Source of the DNA: an uncultured Candidatus Actinomarina sp.
Lineage (GTDB): Bacteria; Actinomycetota; Acidimicrobiia; Actinomarinales; Actinomarinaceae
Assembly: GCA_902634185.1 (NCBI GenBank)
Contig: CACPJC010000002.1
Coordinates: 128,001 to 192,000, forward strand
Length of the DNA stretch: 64,000 nt
Direction: 5' to 3'
Part shown: piece after piece, positions 27,783-36,339 of the stretch
How the letters are laid out: each line of letters starts with the position of its first letter
How positions within the stretch are numbered: the stretch's first letter is position 1
Position numbers and translations under genes: made by a program
The notes under the pieces: model-generated
What the model saw: only the letters and a program-made list of their open reading frames with translations
The model's database searches: none
What the model was told of the DNA's origin: nothing

Positions 27783-28483
27783 AAACCGATACAAAAACTG
27801 TAATTTCAATCAATGATATTTCAAAAGTTTATGAAGGACCACCCCCTGTAAAAGCACTAGATGGAGTTTCTTTAAATGTTAAAGAAGGAGATTTAGTTGC
27901 AATTGTTGGACAATCTGGAAGTGGTAAATCAACTTTACTAAATATGATTGGTTTACTGGATAGTGTTACAGACGGTTCAATTGAAATAGAAGGCAAAGAT
28001 ATATCTGACTTAACAGATAATGAACTCTCAAAATTTAGAGGTGAAAAAATAGGATTCATTTTTCAAAGCTTTTTTCTTCTGCCTGGATTGACCGCACAAG
28101 AGAATGTTGCAGAGGGGTTACTATATCAAGGGATTTCAAGGTCAGAAAGGTTAGAAAAAGCCGGAGACGTTTTAGAACAAGTAGGGCTAGGTGATAGGTT
28201 AAGCCACCTCCCCAAAGAACTTTCCGGTGGTCAGCAACAAAGAGTTGCAATTGCTAGAGCGCTAGTACAAGACCCAGCATTTGTTTTAGCAGATGAGCCA
28301 ACTGGAAATTTGGATAAAGAATCAGGAATAAATATTTTAAATATCTTAAAAGAACTTAATGACCAAGGAAAAACTGTAATTATGATTACTCACAATCAAG
28401 AACATGCAAATATGTTTAAAAAAGTAATTGAATTGGTTGATGGAAAAATTGTGAAAAATGAAAAGAAAAAAACTAAGAACTAG
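27779..28483 (+). CDS. ABC ATPase, MacB/LolD type
   Basis: GQSGSGKST, LSGGQQQRVAIARAL, ADEPTGNLD. Confidence 0.95.
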   Translation: MKTDTKTVISINDISKVYEGPPPVKALDGVSLNVKEGDLVAIVGQSGSGKSTLLNMIGLLDSVTDGSIEIEGKDISDLTDNELSKFRGEKIGFIFQSFFLLPGLTAQENVAEGLLYQGISRSERLEKAGDVLEQVGLGDRLSHLPKELSGGQQQRVAIARALVQDPAFVLADEPTGNLDKESGINILNILKELNDQGKTVIMITHNQEHANMFKKVIELVDGKIVKNEKKKTKN

Positions 28484-29642
28484 AGATTTATTTTTTGTTG
28501 CACTTTATGGAGTTCGCGCAAGAAAAGGCAGAGCTACTCTTACTTCTATTGGAATTGGAATTGGAATAGCTGCAATAGTTGCAGTTTCTGGAATATCAGC
28601 ATCTGGAAGGGCTGATTTACTATCAACTCTTGAGTCACTTGGAACAAATCTGGTAAAAGCTTCTCCTCAAGCAGGATTTTTTGGAACTCAAGAAGATTTA
28701 CCAAAAGGAGTCCTCGGAATGGTTGAAAGAATTGGACCAGTTGAAGAAGTAACATCTACAACCCAGACCGATTTACTAGTTCGTAGAAGTAACTTTATAT
28801 CAGAATTTGAAGGTGGGGGAATTTCAACAATAATTACAAGCGCAGAACTTTTGGATGTAATTGGAGGTAATCTTGTTGAAGGCAGGTTCATTACACCTGG
28901 TTTGTCTAATATACCCGTAACCGTGTTAGGAAGTGTTACTGCTGAGAGACTTGGAATTACAAATCTCTCGACACCTACAAAAATTCTCATTGATAATGAA
29001 TGGTTTGGGGTAATAGGGGTATTAGAAGAGCTTAAAATACATCCAGACCTAGATAGATCAGTATTTATAGGTTATGGAGTTGCAAAAACTCTTTTTGATA
29101 TTGACGAGGAACCAACAACAATTTATTTAAGAGCAAATCCTACTTTTATTGAGGATGTTGTTGAGGTATTAGCTCCATCAATGAACCCTGAAAATCCTGA
29201 TCAAGTAGAAGTTACTAGACCCTCAGACGCACTTGAAGCGCAACAAGCAGCTGAAGAAGCATTTACTAATTTATTACTGGGGCTAGGTTCTGTAGCTCTT
29301 CTTGTTGGAGGTGTTGCAATAGCAAACGTAATGGTTATGTCTGTTCTTGAAAGAAGAATGGAAATAGGTGTGAGAAGATCAATTGGTGCAACCCGTAGAG
29401 AAATAAGGTATCAATTTTTATTAGAAAGTATAGTTTTATCAGGAATAGGAGGCCTTGTTGGTGTTGGCCTAGGAACCTTCATTACTTTGGCTTACACTAA
29501 CTACACAGATATTGTATTCTCAATACCTATATGGCAGATTTTAGGAGCAGTCTTTTTAGCCTTATTAATTGGAGCAATTTCAGGTGTATATCCAGCTATA
29601 AAAGCATCAAAAATCCAACCAGCAGAAGCAGTAAGAAAGTAA
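28458..29642 (+). CDS. MacB/FtsX-type ABC permease
   Basis: LTSIGIGIG, large extracytoplasmic loop, ERRMEIGVRRSIGA, YPAIKASKIQPAEA. Confidence 0.93.
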   Translation: MKRKKLRTRDLFFVALYGVRARKGRATLTSIGIGIGIAAIVAVSGISASGRADLLSTLESLGTNLVKASPQAGFFGTQEDLPKGVLGMVERIGPVEEVTSTTQTDLLVRRSNFISEFEGGGISTIITSAELLDVIGGNLVEGRFITPGLSNIPVTVLGSVTAERLGITNLSTPTKILIDNEWFGVIGVLEELKIHPDLDRSVFIGYGVAKTLFDIDEEPTTIYLRANPTFIEDVVEVLAPSMNPENPDQVEVTRPSDALEAQQAAEEAFTNLLLGLGSVALLVGGVAIANVMVMSVLERRMEIGVRRSIGATRREIRYQFLLESIVLSGIGGLVGVGLGTFITLAYTNYTDIVFSIPIWQILGAVFLALLIGAISGVYPAIKASKIQPAEAVRK

Positions 29643-30160
29643 TCTTTCTTGCTTTGTTGGTTTCCGCCTGCACTATTGGTGAAGAAGAAACTAAGGGTGT
29701 AGTCTCACTCGAAGAAAGTGTATCCTCTACAACAATTATTGAGCAAGTAACTTTTGAAGAAGGGGTTCTAAATTTTGCTCAATGTATGAGAGAAGAAGGC
29801 ATTGACTTTCCAGACCCTTCATTTGATATAGACGGCAATCCAGAATTTGATAATTTAGATATTGAAAACGAAGAAGAATTTGAAGAAGCATTTACAAACT
29901 GTGAAGATATTTTGAGAAACGCTCTTCCTGATCAATTTGATCTTGATCCAGAAGTTGAGGCAGCTTTGGTTGATGCTTCATTAGAATTTTCAAAATGTAT
30001 GAGAGATCAAGGTATCAGCAACTTTCCTGACCCAACACCAGGTGAATTTGGATTTTTTGCATTTAGAGATGCAGATATTGAGTGGACTTCAGACGAGGTT
30101 CAAGAAGCATTTGAAATTTGCCAACCAGAAAATCCTCTTGATTCGATAGGTGATGATTAA
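29531..30160 (+). CDS. Cys-repeat lipoprotein, paralog 4 (start uncertain)
   Basis: Lipobox LVSAC; FAQCMREEGIDFPDP and FSKCMRDQGISNFPDP. Confidence 0.8.
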   Translation: MADFRSSLFSLINWSNFRCISSYKSIKNPTSRSSKKVIFLALLVSACTIGEEETKGVVSLEESVSSTTIIEQVTFEEGVLNFAQCMREEGIDFPDPSFDIDGNPEFDNLDIENEEEFEEAFTNCEDILRNALPDQFDLDPEVEAALVDASLEFSKCMRDQGISNFPDPTPGEFGFFAFRDADIEWTSDEVQEAFEICQPENPLDSIGDD

Positions 30161-30624
30161 ATTCCTGAATCAAAATACATAGGTGGGCTTACTCCTATTG
30201 TCTGCCAACACAGCCCTTCACTAATTTCACATTCATCATAAGTAAACACCCAAGTAACAACAAAATACTCATTTTTATTATTTAAAATTTTTATTTCATA
30301 ATGAACCATCTCGCCATCTTCTTGAATTACTTCATATGAGTAATCAGTTAAATCAACTATTGCGTTGTATGGAGCAGAAATAAGCATTGATTTAAATCTT
30401 CCAATTGGCCCGGTAACCTCTTTATTGTCTTTGTGAGCATTATTCCAGATTATTTCAACAGCTTTATCTGGGTCCAATGAGAAATTTCTATAGCTTTCCA
30501 TTATCTCAATAAGAACATCCTCAGAATCTTTTTGTTCAACTACAAGATCATTATCAGCATTTGTAGAAGTACAATTGAATAAAAATAAGATAATTAAAAA
30601 TAATTTTTGAAACTTCTTATCCAC
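30157..30624 (-). CDS. DUF4864-like exported protein/lipoprotein
   Basis: Signal ending FNC; NKEVTGPIGRFKSM..PY, CWQTIGV; GTG at 30624 likely start. Confidence 0.6.
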   Translation of the reverse strand: MDKKFQKLFLIILFLFNCTSTNADNDLVVEQKDSEDVLIEIMESYRNFSLDPDKAVEIIWNNAHKDNKEVTGPIGRFKSMLISAPYNAIVDLTDYSYEVIQEDGEMVHYEIKILNNKNEYFVVTWVFTYDECEISEGLCWQTIGVSPPMYFDSGI

Positions 30625-30712
30625 TAAACACAAGCGTCACAACTAAGTACAAATGCAGTAAGAAAGTTACAAAGAGAAATGACCAAAAAAGTCTTTTTTC
30701 TAATTTACTCAC
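30617..30712 (-). CDS. 31-aa single-TM peptide B (unannotated)
   Basis: MSKLEKRLFWSFLFVTFLLHLYLVVTLVFSG; paralog of peptide A; GTGA overlap. Confidence 0.7.
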   Translation of the reverse strand: MSKLEKRLFWSFLFVTFLLHLYLVVTLVFSG

Positions 30713-30816
30713 AATGAGATCGTGACTAAGCCCATTGAATTTAGAACTAAATAGAAGTGAAAAACAAAAGCAACTCCCATGAATGCCCAAAATGTACGTT
30801 TTTCTAATTTACTCAC
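30709..30816 (-). CDS. 35-aa single-TM peptide A (unannotated)
   Basis: MSKLEKRTFWAFMGVAFVFHFYLVLNSMGLVTISL. Confidence 0.7.
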   Translation of the reverse strand: MSKLEKRTFWAFMGVAFVFHFYLVLNSMGLVTISL

Positions 30817-30856
30817 AGTTGAATGGTAGTGATAAAAAAAAGTTTTAAGTAATTAA

Positions 30857-31015
30857 TTACTCTCTATTTGCTTTTTCGTATGCTTGACTATAAAGAATTA
30901 AGGTAGGTGCCCATAGTCCAACATAGATTGCTAGCTGTGAATCATCAAGCACAACATAGATTAATACCGATGCGATCACGGAAACTATGCTTGCATAAAG
31001 TCCAAGTTTTATCAT
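30857..31015 (-). CDS. 52-aa two-TM protein (unannotated)
   Basis: MIKLGLYASIVSVIASVLIYVVLDDSQLAIYVGLWAPTLILYSQAYEKANRE; SD AAAGGA. Confidence 0.75.
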   Translation of the reverse strand: MIKLGLYASIVSVIASVLIYVVLDDSQLAIYVGLWAPTLILYSQAYEKANRE

Positions 31016-31073
31016 TAAAAGGTCCTTTCAATTAATATTATAATTTACCACAATTATTAGTATTAATTAGTAA

Positions 31074-31217
31074 ATGATAGAAACATTAAGTCAAAACCCG
31101 CTTTCATTGGTATTAATATTTCCAGTTGTAACCCTTACGGTCTTTGTAGTTGGAATAATTAGGATAGATTTAGCTAAATTTCAACAAAAACATGTTTCAG
31201 GCAAAGAAGAAGAATAA
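31074..31217 (+). CDS. 47-aa single-TM protein (unannotated)
   Basis: MIETLSQNPLSLVLIFPVVTLTVFVVGIIRIDLAKFQQKHVSGKEEE. Confidence 0.55.
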   Translation: MIETLSQNPLSLVLIFPVVTLTVFVVGIIRIDLAKFQQKHVSGKEEE

Positions 31218-31254
31218 TCATTTTTTTGTCACAACAAAATACTTATATTAGATT

Positions 31255-31755
31255 ATGAATTTTGGTGAACTAGAAAACCTTAATGACTCAGAACTCTTTG
31301 ATTTACAGAATAAAATATCAGAAATTGTAAAACTAAGAAATCTTGAAAAAGGAGATTTAGAGGAAATAATTGATAATTCTTTTAATGTAGGTTTTCCAAA
31401 AGTAGATGGCCTAGGACTAAACCCTTGGATTGAGAATTCCTTAATTATTTGCCCTGGAGCAAGAATTGATAAAACAAAAACAAGACATATTTGTAAATTT
31501 ATTGTCATTGACGAGGAATGGTCATGGGAGTCACCACACATGATTAGTGATGTAATACGAAGAGACCAATCTTCAAAAAACTTTAGGCAACATTCGATAA
31601 CGCTGATTTCACCATTTGAAGGCATGAAGGTGCAAGTAATATCTCAAAAATCACAACAGGGAAAACATCTTGTTGAGGGCGTCGAGTCTTTTGAATTTAA
31701 AAACGGGATACTTGAGAAAACTATGACAAAAGCATCAAGATCAAGGGAACATTAA
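31255..31755 (+). CDS. hypothetical protein
   Basis: 166 aa ORF with normal codon usage; family not recognised. Confidence 0.7.
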   Translation: MNFGELENLNDSELFDLQNKISEIVKLRNLEKGDLEEIIDNSFNVGFPKVDGLGLNPWIENSLIICPGARIDKTKTRHICKFIVIDEEWSWESPHMISDVIRRDQSSKNFRQHSITLISPFEGMKVQVISQKSQQGKHLVEGVESFEFKNGILEKTMTKASRSREH

Positions 31756-31785
31756 TTATTCACCAAAGTTTTATAATTTAATTAT

Positions 31786-33027
31786 ATGTTAAATGTAGTC
31801 GTAATAGGTGGTGGCTTTGGGGGTCTTAAATTCCTACAACGGGCTAGAAGCAGCAAGATTCAATTTACGCTTATTGATAAACAAAACCATCATTTATTTC
31901 AACCTTTACTCTATCAAGTTGCAACAGCAGTTTTGTCGCCTGCAAACATCGCTTTTCCAATAAGAAGAATGTTTAAAAATTTTAAAAATGTAAAAGTTAT
32001 TTTAGACGAGGCAACTGACATTAATAGAGAAGATAAAACTGTAACAATTTCCAGTGGTGAAAAAATAAAATATGACCAATTAGTTGTAAGCACGGGCTCT
32101 AGACATTCATATTTTGGCAATGATGATTGGTCAGAGTATTCAAATGGTCTTAAAGGCATAAATGATGCACTGCAGATTAGAGAACGTTTATTAAGAGCAT
32201 TTGAAAAAGCTGAGAACGAAAAAAATATTGAAAAGAGAAATAAATATTTAAATTTTGTTGTTGTAGGAGGAGGTCCTACAGGAGTTGAAATGGCTGGGTC
32301 AATTGCAGAAATAGCTTATAAAAATATGAAAGAGGAATTTAGAAACTTCAAAAGCTCAGATGCAAACGTATATCTTATCGAAGCAACAGAAAAAATATTA
32401 CCAATGTATAGTGATAGGCTTTCTGGCAAAGCAGAAAAATATTTAATCGATTTTGGGGTTCAGGTTAGAACAAACGAAAAAGTGATAAAAATAGAAAATG
32501 ATTTAGTAGTTACTGATAAAGAAAGCATAGAAACAGACAATGTGATTTGGGCTGCTGGAAATGAAGCAAGCCCAATAATTAAAAAACTAAATACAAAAAC
32601 TGACTCTGAAGGAAGAGCGATAGTTGATCCTGACTGTTCTATTAAAGAAGATGGAAATGTATTCGTTATCGGGGATGCCGCAAATTACAAGAATAAGAAC
32701 AACTCTACACTCCCTGGTATAGCTCCTGTTGCTATTCAGCAAGGTAAATATTTAGCAAAAATTATTAAGAATAAAACTCTAAAACAAGATAGAAAACCAT
32801 TCAAATATTATGACAAAGGAATGATGGCAACAGTTGGGAGATACAAAGCAATTGGCAAGATTGGAAATATAGAAATATCTGGATTTATCGCTTGGTTGTT
32901 TTGGAGTGCAATACACATACTTTATTTAATTGGATATAGATCAAAAATATTAGTAGTTATCGAATGGATATTCTCTTACCTCTTTAATAAAAAAGGAACA
33001 AGATTAATTTATAGAGAACCTACTTAA
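31786..33027 (+). CDS. ndh: type II NADH dehydrogenase
   Basis: GGGFGG, FQPLLYQVAT, GGGPTGVE, WAAG, APVAIQQG. Confidence 0.92.
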   Translation: MLNVVVIGGGFGGLKFLQRARSSKIQFTLIDKQNHHLFQPLLYQVATAVLSPANIAFPIRRMFKNFKNVKVILDEATDINREDKTVTISSGEKIKYDQLVVSTGSRHSYFGNDDWSEYSNGLKGINDALQIRERLLRAFEKAENEKNIEKRNKYLNFVVVGGGPTGVEMAGSIAEIAYKNMKEEFRNFKSSDANVYLIEATEKILPMYSDRLSGKAEKYLIDFGVQVRTNEKVIKIENDLVVTDKESIETDNVIWAAGNEASPIIKKLNTKTDSEGRAIVDPDCSIKEDGNVFVIGDAANYKNKNNSTLPGIAPVAIQQGKYLAKIIKNKTLKQDRKPFKYYDKGMMATVGRYKAIGKIGNIEISGFIAWLFWSAIHILYLIGYRSKILVVIEWIFSYLFNKKGTRLIYREPT

Positions 33028-33029
33028 CT

Positions 33030-34400
33030 TTATAACAGTAAAAGAGCTATTCCTAGAAAACCAGCAAATCCTGCAATGTCTGTAATTAATGTAAGAAATA
33101 TGTTTGATGCTAATGCGGGGTCAAAACCTATCTTTTTAAGCATTAAAGGTATTGATGAACCAAATAAATTACCAATAAATATGTTTCCAAAAACTGCAAT
33201 ACTAAGTGCTAAAGAATAATCATTCAAACCAATTAAACTTAGTATTAAAAAAGATAAAACACCTACAAAAATACCATTTATTATTCCTATGAAAGTTTGT
33301 TTTCCGATTACCTCAAAAACCCTAGCATCCGAAACATCATTTCTAGCAAGAGCCCTAATTACTATAGCTAGAGATTGAGCACCTGAATTTCCACCAACTA
33401 AAGCAACTACTGGCATTAGGGCAGCTAGCAGAATGTCGCTAGCAATAGTCTCTTCGAATTGAGATATTAGTAAAGACACTATAAAAGCCAAACCCATATT
33501 TATTGCAATCCATGGGAGCCTTAAACGTATAGACTTTTGTATGGGTGTGAATATAGTTTCTTCTGCTCCAGCACCAAACGATTGTGAGAAATCTTCTGCA
33601 ATTTCAGTTTGAATAACATCTAGCGCCGTATTGACAGTGGTTTGACCGATAAGTTTGTTACTTTTATCTACTACTGGAAGAGCTAACAGTTCATATTGTT
33701 TAATTAAAATTGCTGCCTCCTCTTGATCTGAGGACGGATTTACAGAAATTGGATTTTGAATCATTACATTTTTAATTAATTCATTTTCATCTGCAAATAC
33801 TATTTCCCTGAATGAAATAACCCCGGTTAATTTCCCTTCACTATCAACGGAATATACGTAAATCAGATCTTCAACATTATCGTGAAGAGCTTTTAACTCT
33901 TTTAGTGCATCTTTAACTTTTAAACCAGTTGATATTTTTGCAACCTCTTCAGACATCTGTCTACCTACCGAGTTTTCAGGGTAAGCTAGTCTCTTGTTTA
34001 TGTTGAGTTTTGTTGACTTATCAAGAATTTCTAAAATTTCTTCGGTTTCATCTTCAGTAGATCTCTCAAAAACATCAACTACATCTTCTGTATCCATTTG
34101 TTTAAATATCTCTTCAACATAAGAATCTTTTAATACCTCTACAATTTCAATAATTGCTCTTGGTCTCAGTGATTCAAATATTTTTACTGAAGTTTCAATA
34201 GGAAGTGAGGTAATTAATTTTCCTGCTTCTGATGGGTCAAATTCTTCTAGAGTATCAGCAGAGTCAAATGGGTCGGTTTCAGCAATTTGAACCCATAGGT
34301 CTTTATTATTTTCTAAATATATCAAAGCTTGAGCAGGCTCTGAACGTGCTAAATCTCTTAATTCTTTACCTTTTAATGGTTCTTTTGAATCATTATTCAT
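33030..34400 (-). CDS. mgtE: magnesium transporter MgtE
   Basis: MgtE_N, CBS pair, RLPW, GGNSGAQ, DPALAS. Confidence 0.93.
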   Translation of the reverse strand: MNNDSKEPLKGKELRDLARSEPAQALIYLENNKDLWVQIAETDPFDSADTLEEFDPSEAGKLITSLPIETSVKIFESLRPRAIIEIVEVLKDSYVEEIFKQMDTEDVVDVFERSTEDETEEILEILDKSTKLNINKRLAYPENSVGRQMSEEVAKISTGLKVKDALKELKALHDNVEDLIYVYSVDSEGKLTGVISFREIVFADENELIKNVMIQNPISVNPSSDQEEAAILIKQYELLALPVVDKSNKLIGQTTVNTALDVIQTEIAEDFSQSFGAGAEETIFTPIQKSIRLRLPWIAINMGLAFIVSLLISQFEETIASDILLAALMPVVALVGGNSGAQSLAIVIRALARNDVSDARVFEVIGKQTFIGIINGIFVGVLSFLILSLIGLNDYSLALSIAVFGNIFIGNLFGSSIPLMLKKIGFDPALASNIFLTLITDIAGFAGFLGIALLLL

Positions 34401-34441
34401 GAATACCTCGTATTCACTTTAATTGTCTTAATAAATTTTAT

Positions 34442-36325
34442 TTATGTTAATTGTTTTTTGTGCCAGTCAATTATCGAGTCAAACCTTTGAATTCTATGAT
34501 TTGGCTTCCCTGATCTAGAAAGTTCGTGGCTTTCATCTGGAAACCTAATCATTGTTGTATCAATACCACGTCTTTTAAGATTTGAAAACAGTTGTTCAGC
34601 TTGTTCAACTGGACATCTGTAGTCCTTTTCAGAATGAATAATTAGGGTTGGAGTAATAATATTATTTGCATATGTGATTGGACTTTTTTTTCTGTATAAA
34701 TTTAAATTATTATTCATATCATCTAAAAGATACATTTCAGGAAAACCAATACCGATATCTGACGTTCCTACCATGGTTTCCCAATTCAGCAAAGCTCGCT
34801 CAACAATTGCAGATTTAAACATTTTTGGATAATGGCCAATAACCCAAGAGGTCATAAATCCTCCATAAGAACCACCCATAATTCCGTAATTTTTGTTTTC
34901 AATACCCATAAGCTTCAGCATTTTTTTAAAAGAAGTTAATACATCGTGTACATCATTAACTCCCCATTTTCTTCCGCATACATCTCTCAAGAAATCATGA
35001 CCTCTTCCTGTTGAACCTCTAGGATTGCAGGCAATAACATTGAAACCAGCTGAAGCATATGTTTGAAATTCATCAAAAAACGTGTATCCATATTGACTCG
35101 CAGGTCCACCATGTATATTTAATAGTGTTGGTTTATTCTTCCCAACAAAAATTCCCCATGTGTCTATATCAGATTGACCAGTTTGTATTCGATGATATTC
35201 ACATCCAAATGTTCTCACATTATTATTGAAGTCATCATTTGTGGTAGACAGCTTCTTGAGTCTCCCATTTACCAATTTAAATATTTCATCGGGATGAGAG
35301 AAAGAATTTGCTATTACATACAAGTCTTCACCTACAAAATTAAAATCTTTTATAGTTATATCTTCTTCAATTATCGTTTCTTTCTGACTAGCATTCCTTA
35401 AAAGAGTTTTTCCAGAGTCTTCATATAAACAAAAGATTTCATTATTATATATTTTTACTGACACGACATTTCTATCAAATTCATGCTCAAGAAAACTCAA
35501 TTTTCCATTTTCTGAGACTTTTAAAATGGTAGTGTTTGTTGGCCAATCGAATCTTTTTCTTAAGCCGACGGCGTAAAGTTTATCTTTAAGACTAAAGATT
35601 TGATTAAACATTCCACCAGAATTAATTTTTACTAATTTTGACTTTACTAATTTGATTATATGTTCCTCAAGCATTGTTCCGTTTTCATTATGCTGACTTC
35701 CTATAAAGTAAAGATCCGACCCCACTTCAATTAGAGATGATATAGAAAGTAACGATTCCTTATCACCATCAACAATTTTTTCAATTTTTAATGAAGAAAT
35801 GCTTATTTTATAAATGTGAAATCTTTTATTGTAAATTACTCCAGTGGTGTCAAATCTGAAGGGTAACTTGTTGATAACTGTAGGATGATCTGTTTTATTC
35901 TCAATTTTTTTAAACTCATCAGACCATTCTTTGGTAATCACATATACGAACTTGCTATTCTCACTCCAAACATAATTTACAATTGAGTCCTCAGTATCAA
36001 AGATTACTTTTTCACTATTACCATTTTTTACAACTAAATAAGTTTTTGATGAATTTTTCTTTTTCTCAAGCGAGTCAAGAATCTCCGAAGATTTAGGTGT
36101 TTTAACAAATGAAATCAATTTATTATTTTTTGAATATTTTGGAATTGAGAAATTCCAGTTTGTAGACTTTTTTAAATCTGTCCATTTATTTTTTGATAAT
36201 TTATGAATTGAAGATTCATATGAATTGTTTTCCAAGTTTATTTTCGTTGATTTGTAAACAATATCTGAACCATTACTTTGAAGCTCAGACAAATTTTTAA
36301 AGTCAGAAATATTATTAGGATTCAT
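34442..36325 (-). CDS. S9 family (acylaminoacyl/dipeptidyl) peptidase
   Basis: IHGGP, NPRGS, GGSYGG, D-YRC, HELSRSG. Confidence 0.9.
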   Translation of the reverse strand: MNPNNISDFKNLSELQSNGSDIVYKSTKINLENNSYESSIHKLSKNKWTDLKKSTNWNFSIPKYSKNNKLISFVKTPKSSEILDSLEKKKNSSKTYLVVKNGNSEKVIFDTEDSIVNYVWSENSKFVYVITKEWSDEFKKIENKTDHPTVINKLPFRFDTTGVIYNKRFHIYKISISSLKIEKIVDGDKESLLSISSLIEVGSDLYFIGSQHNENGTMLEEHIIKLVKSKLVKINSGGMFNQIFSLKDKLYAVGLRKRFDWPTNTTILKVSENGKLSFLEHEFDRNVVSVKIYNNEIFCLYEDSGKTLLRNASQKETIIEEDITIKDFNFVGEDLYVIANSFSHPDEIFKLVNGRLKKLSTTNDDFNNNVRTFGCEYHRIQTGQSDIDTWGIFVGKNKPTLLNIHGGPASQYGYTFFDEFQTYASAGFNVIACNPRGSTGRGHDFLRDVCGRKWGVNDVHDVLTSFKKMLKLMGIENKNYGIMGGSYGGFMTSWVIGHYPKMFKSAIVERALLNWETMVGTSDIGIGFPEMYLLDDMNNNLNLYRKKSPITYANNIITPTLIIHSEKDYRCPVEQAEQLFSNLKRRGIDTTMIRFPDESHELSRSGKPNHRIQRFDSIIDWHKKQLT

Positions 36326-36339
36326 TTATAGTTTTTATG

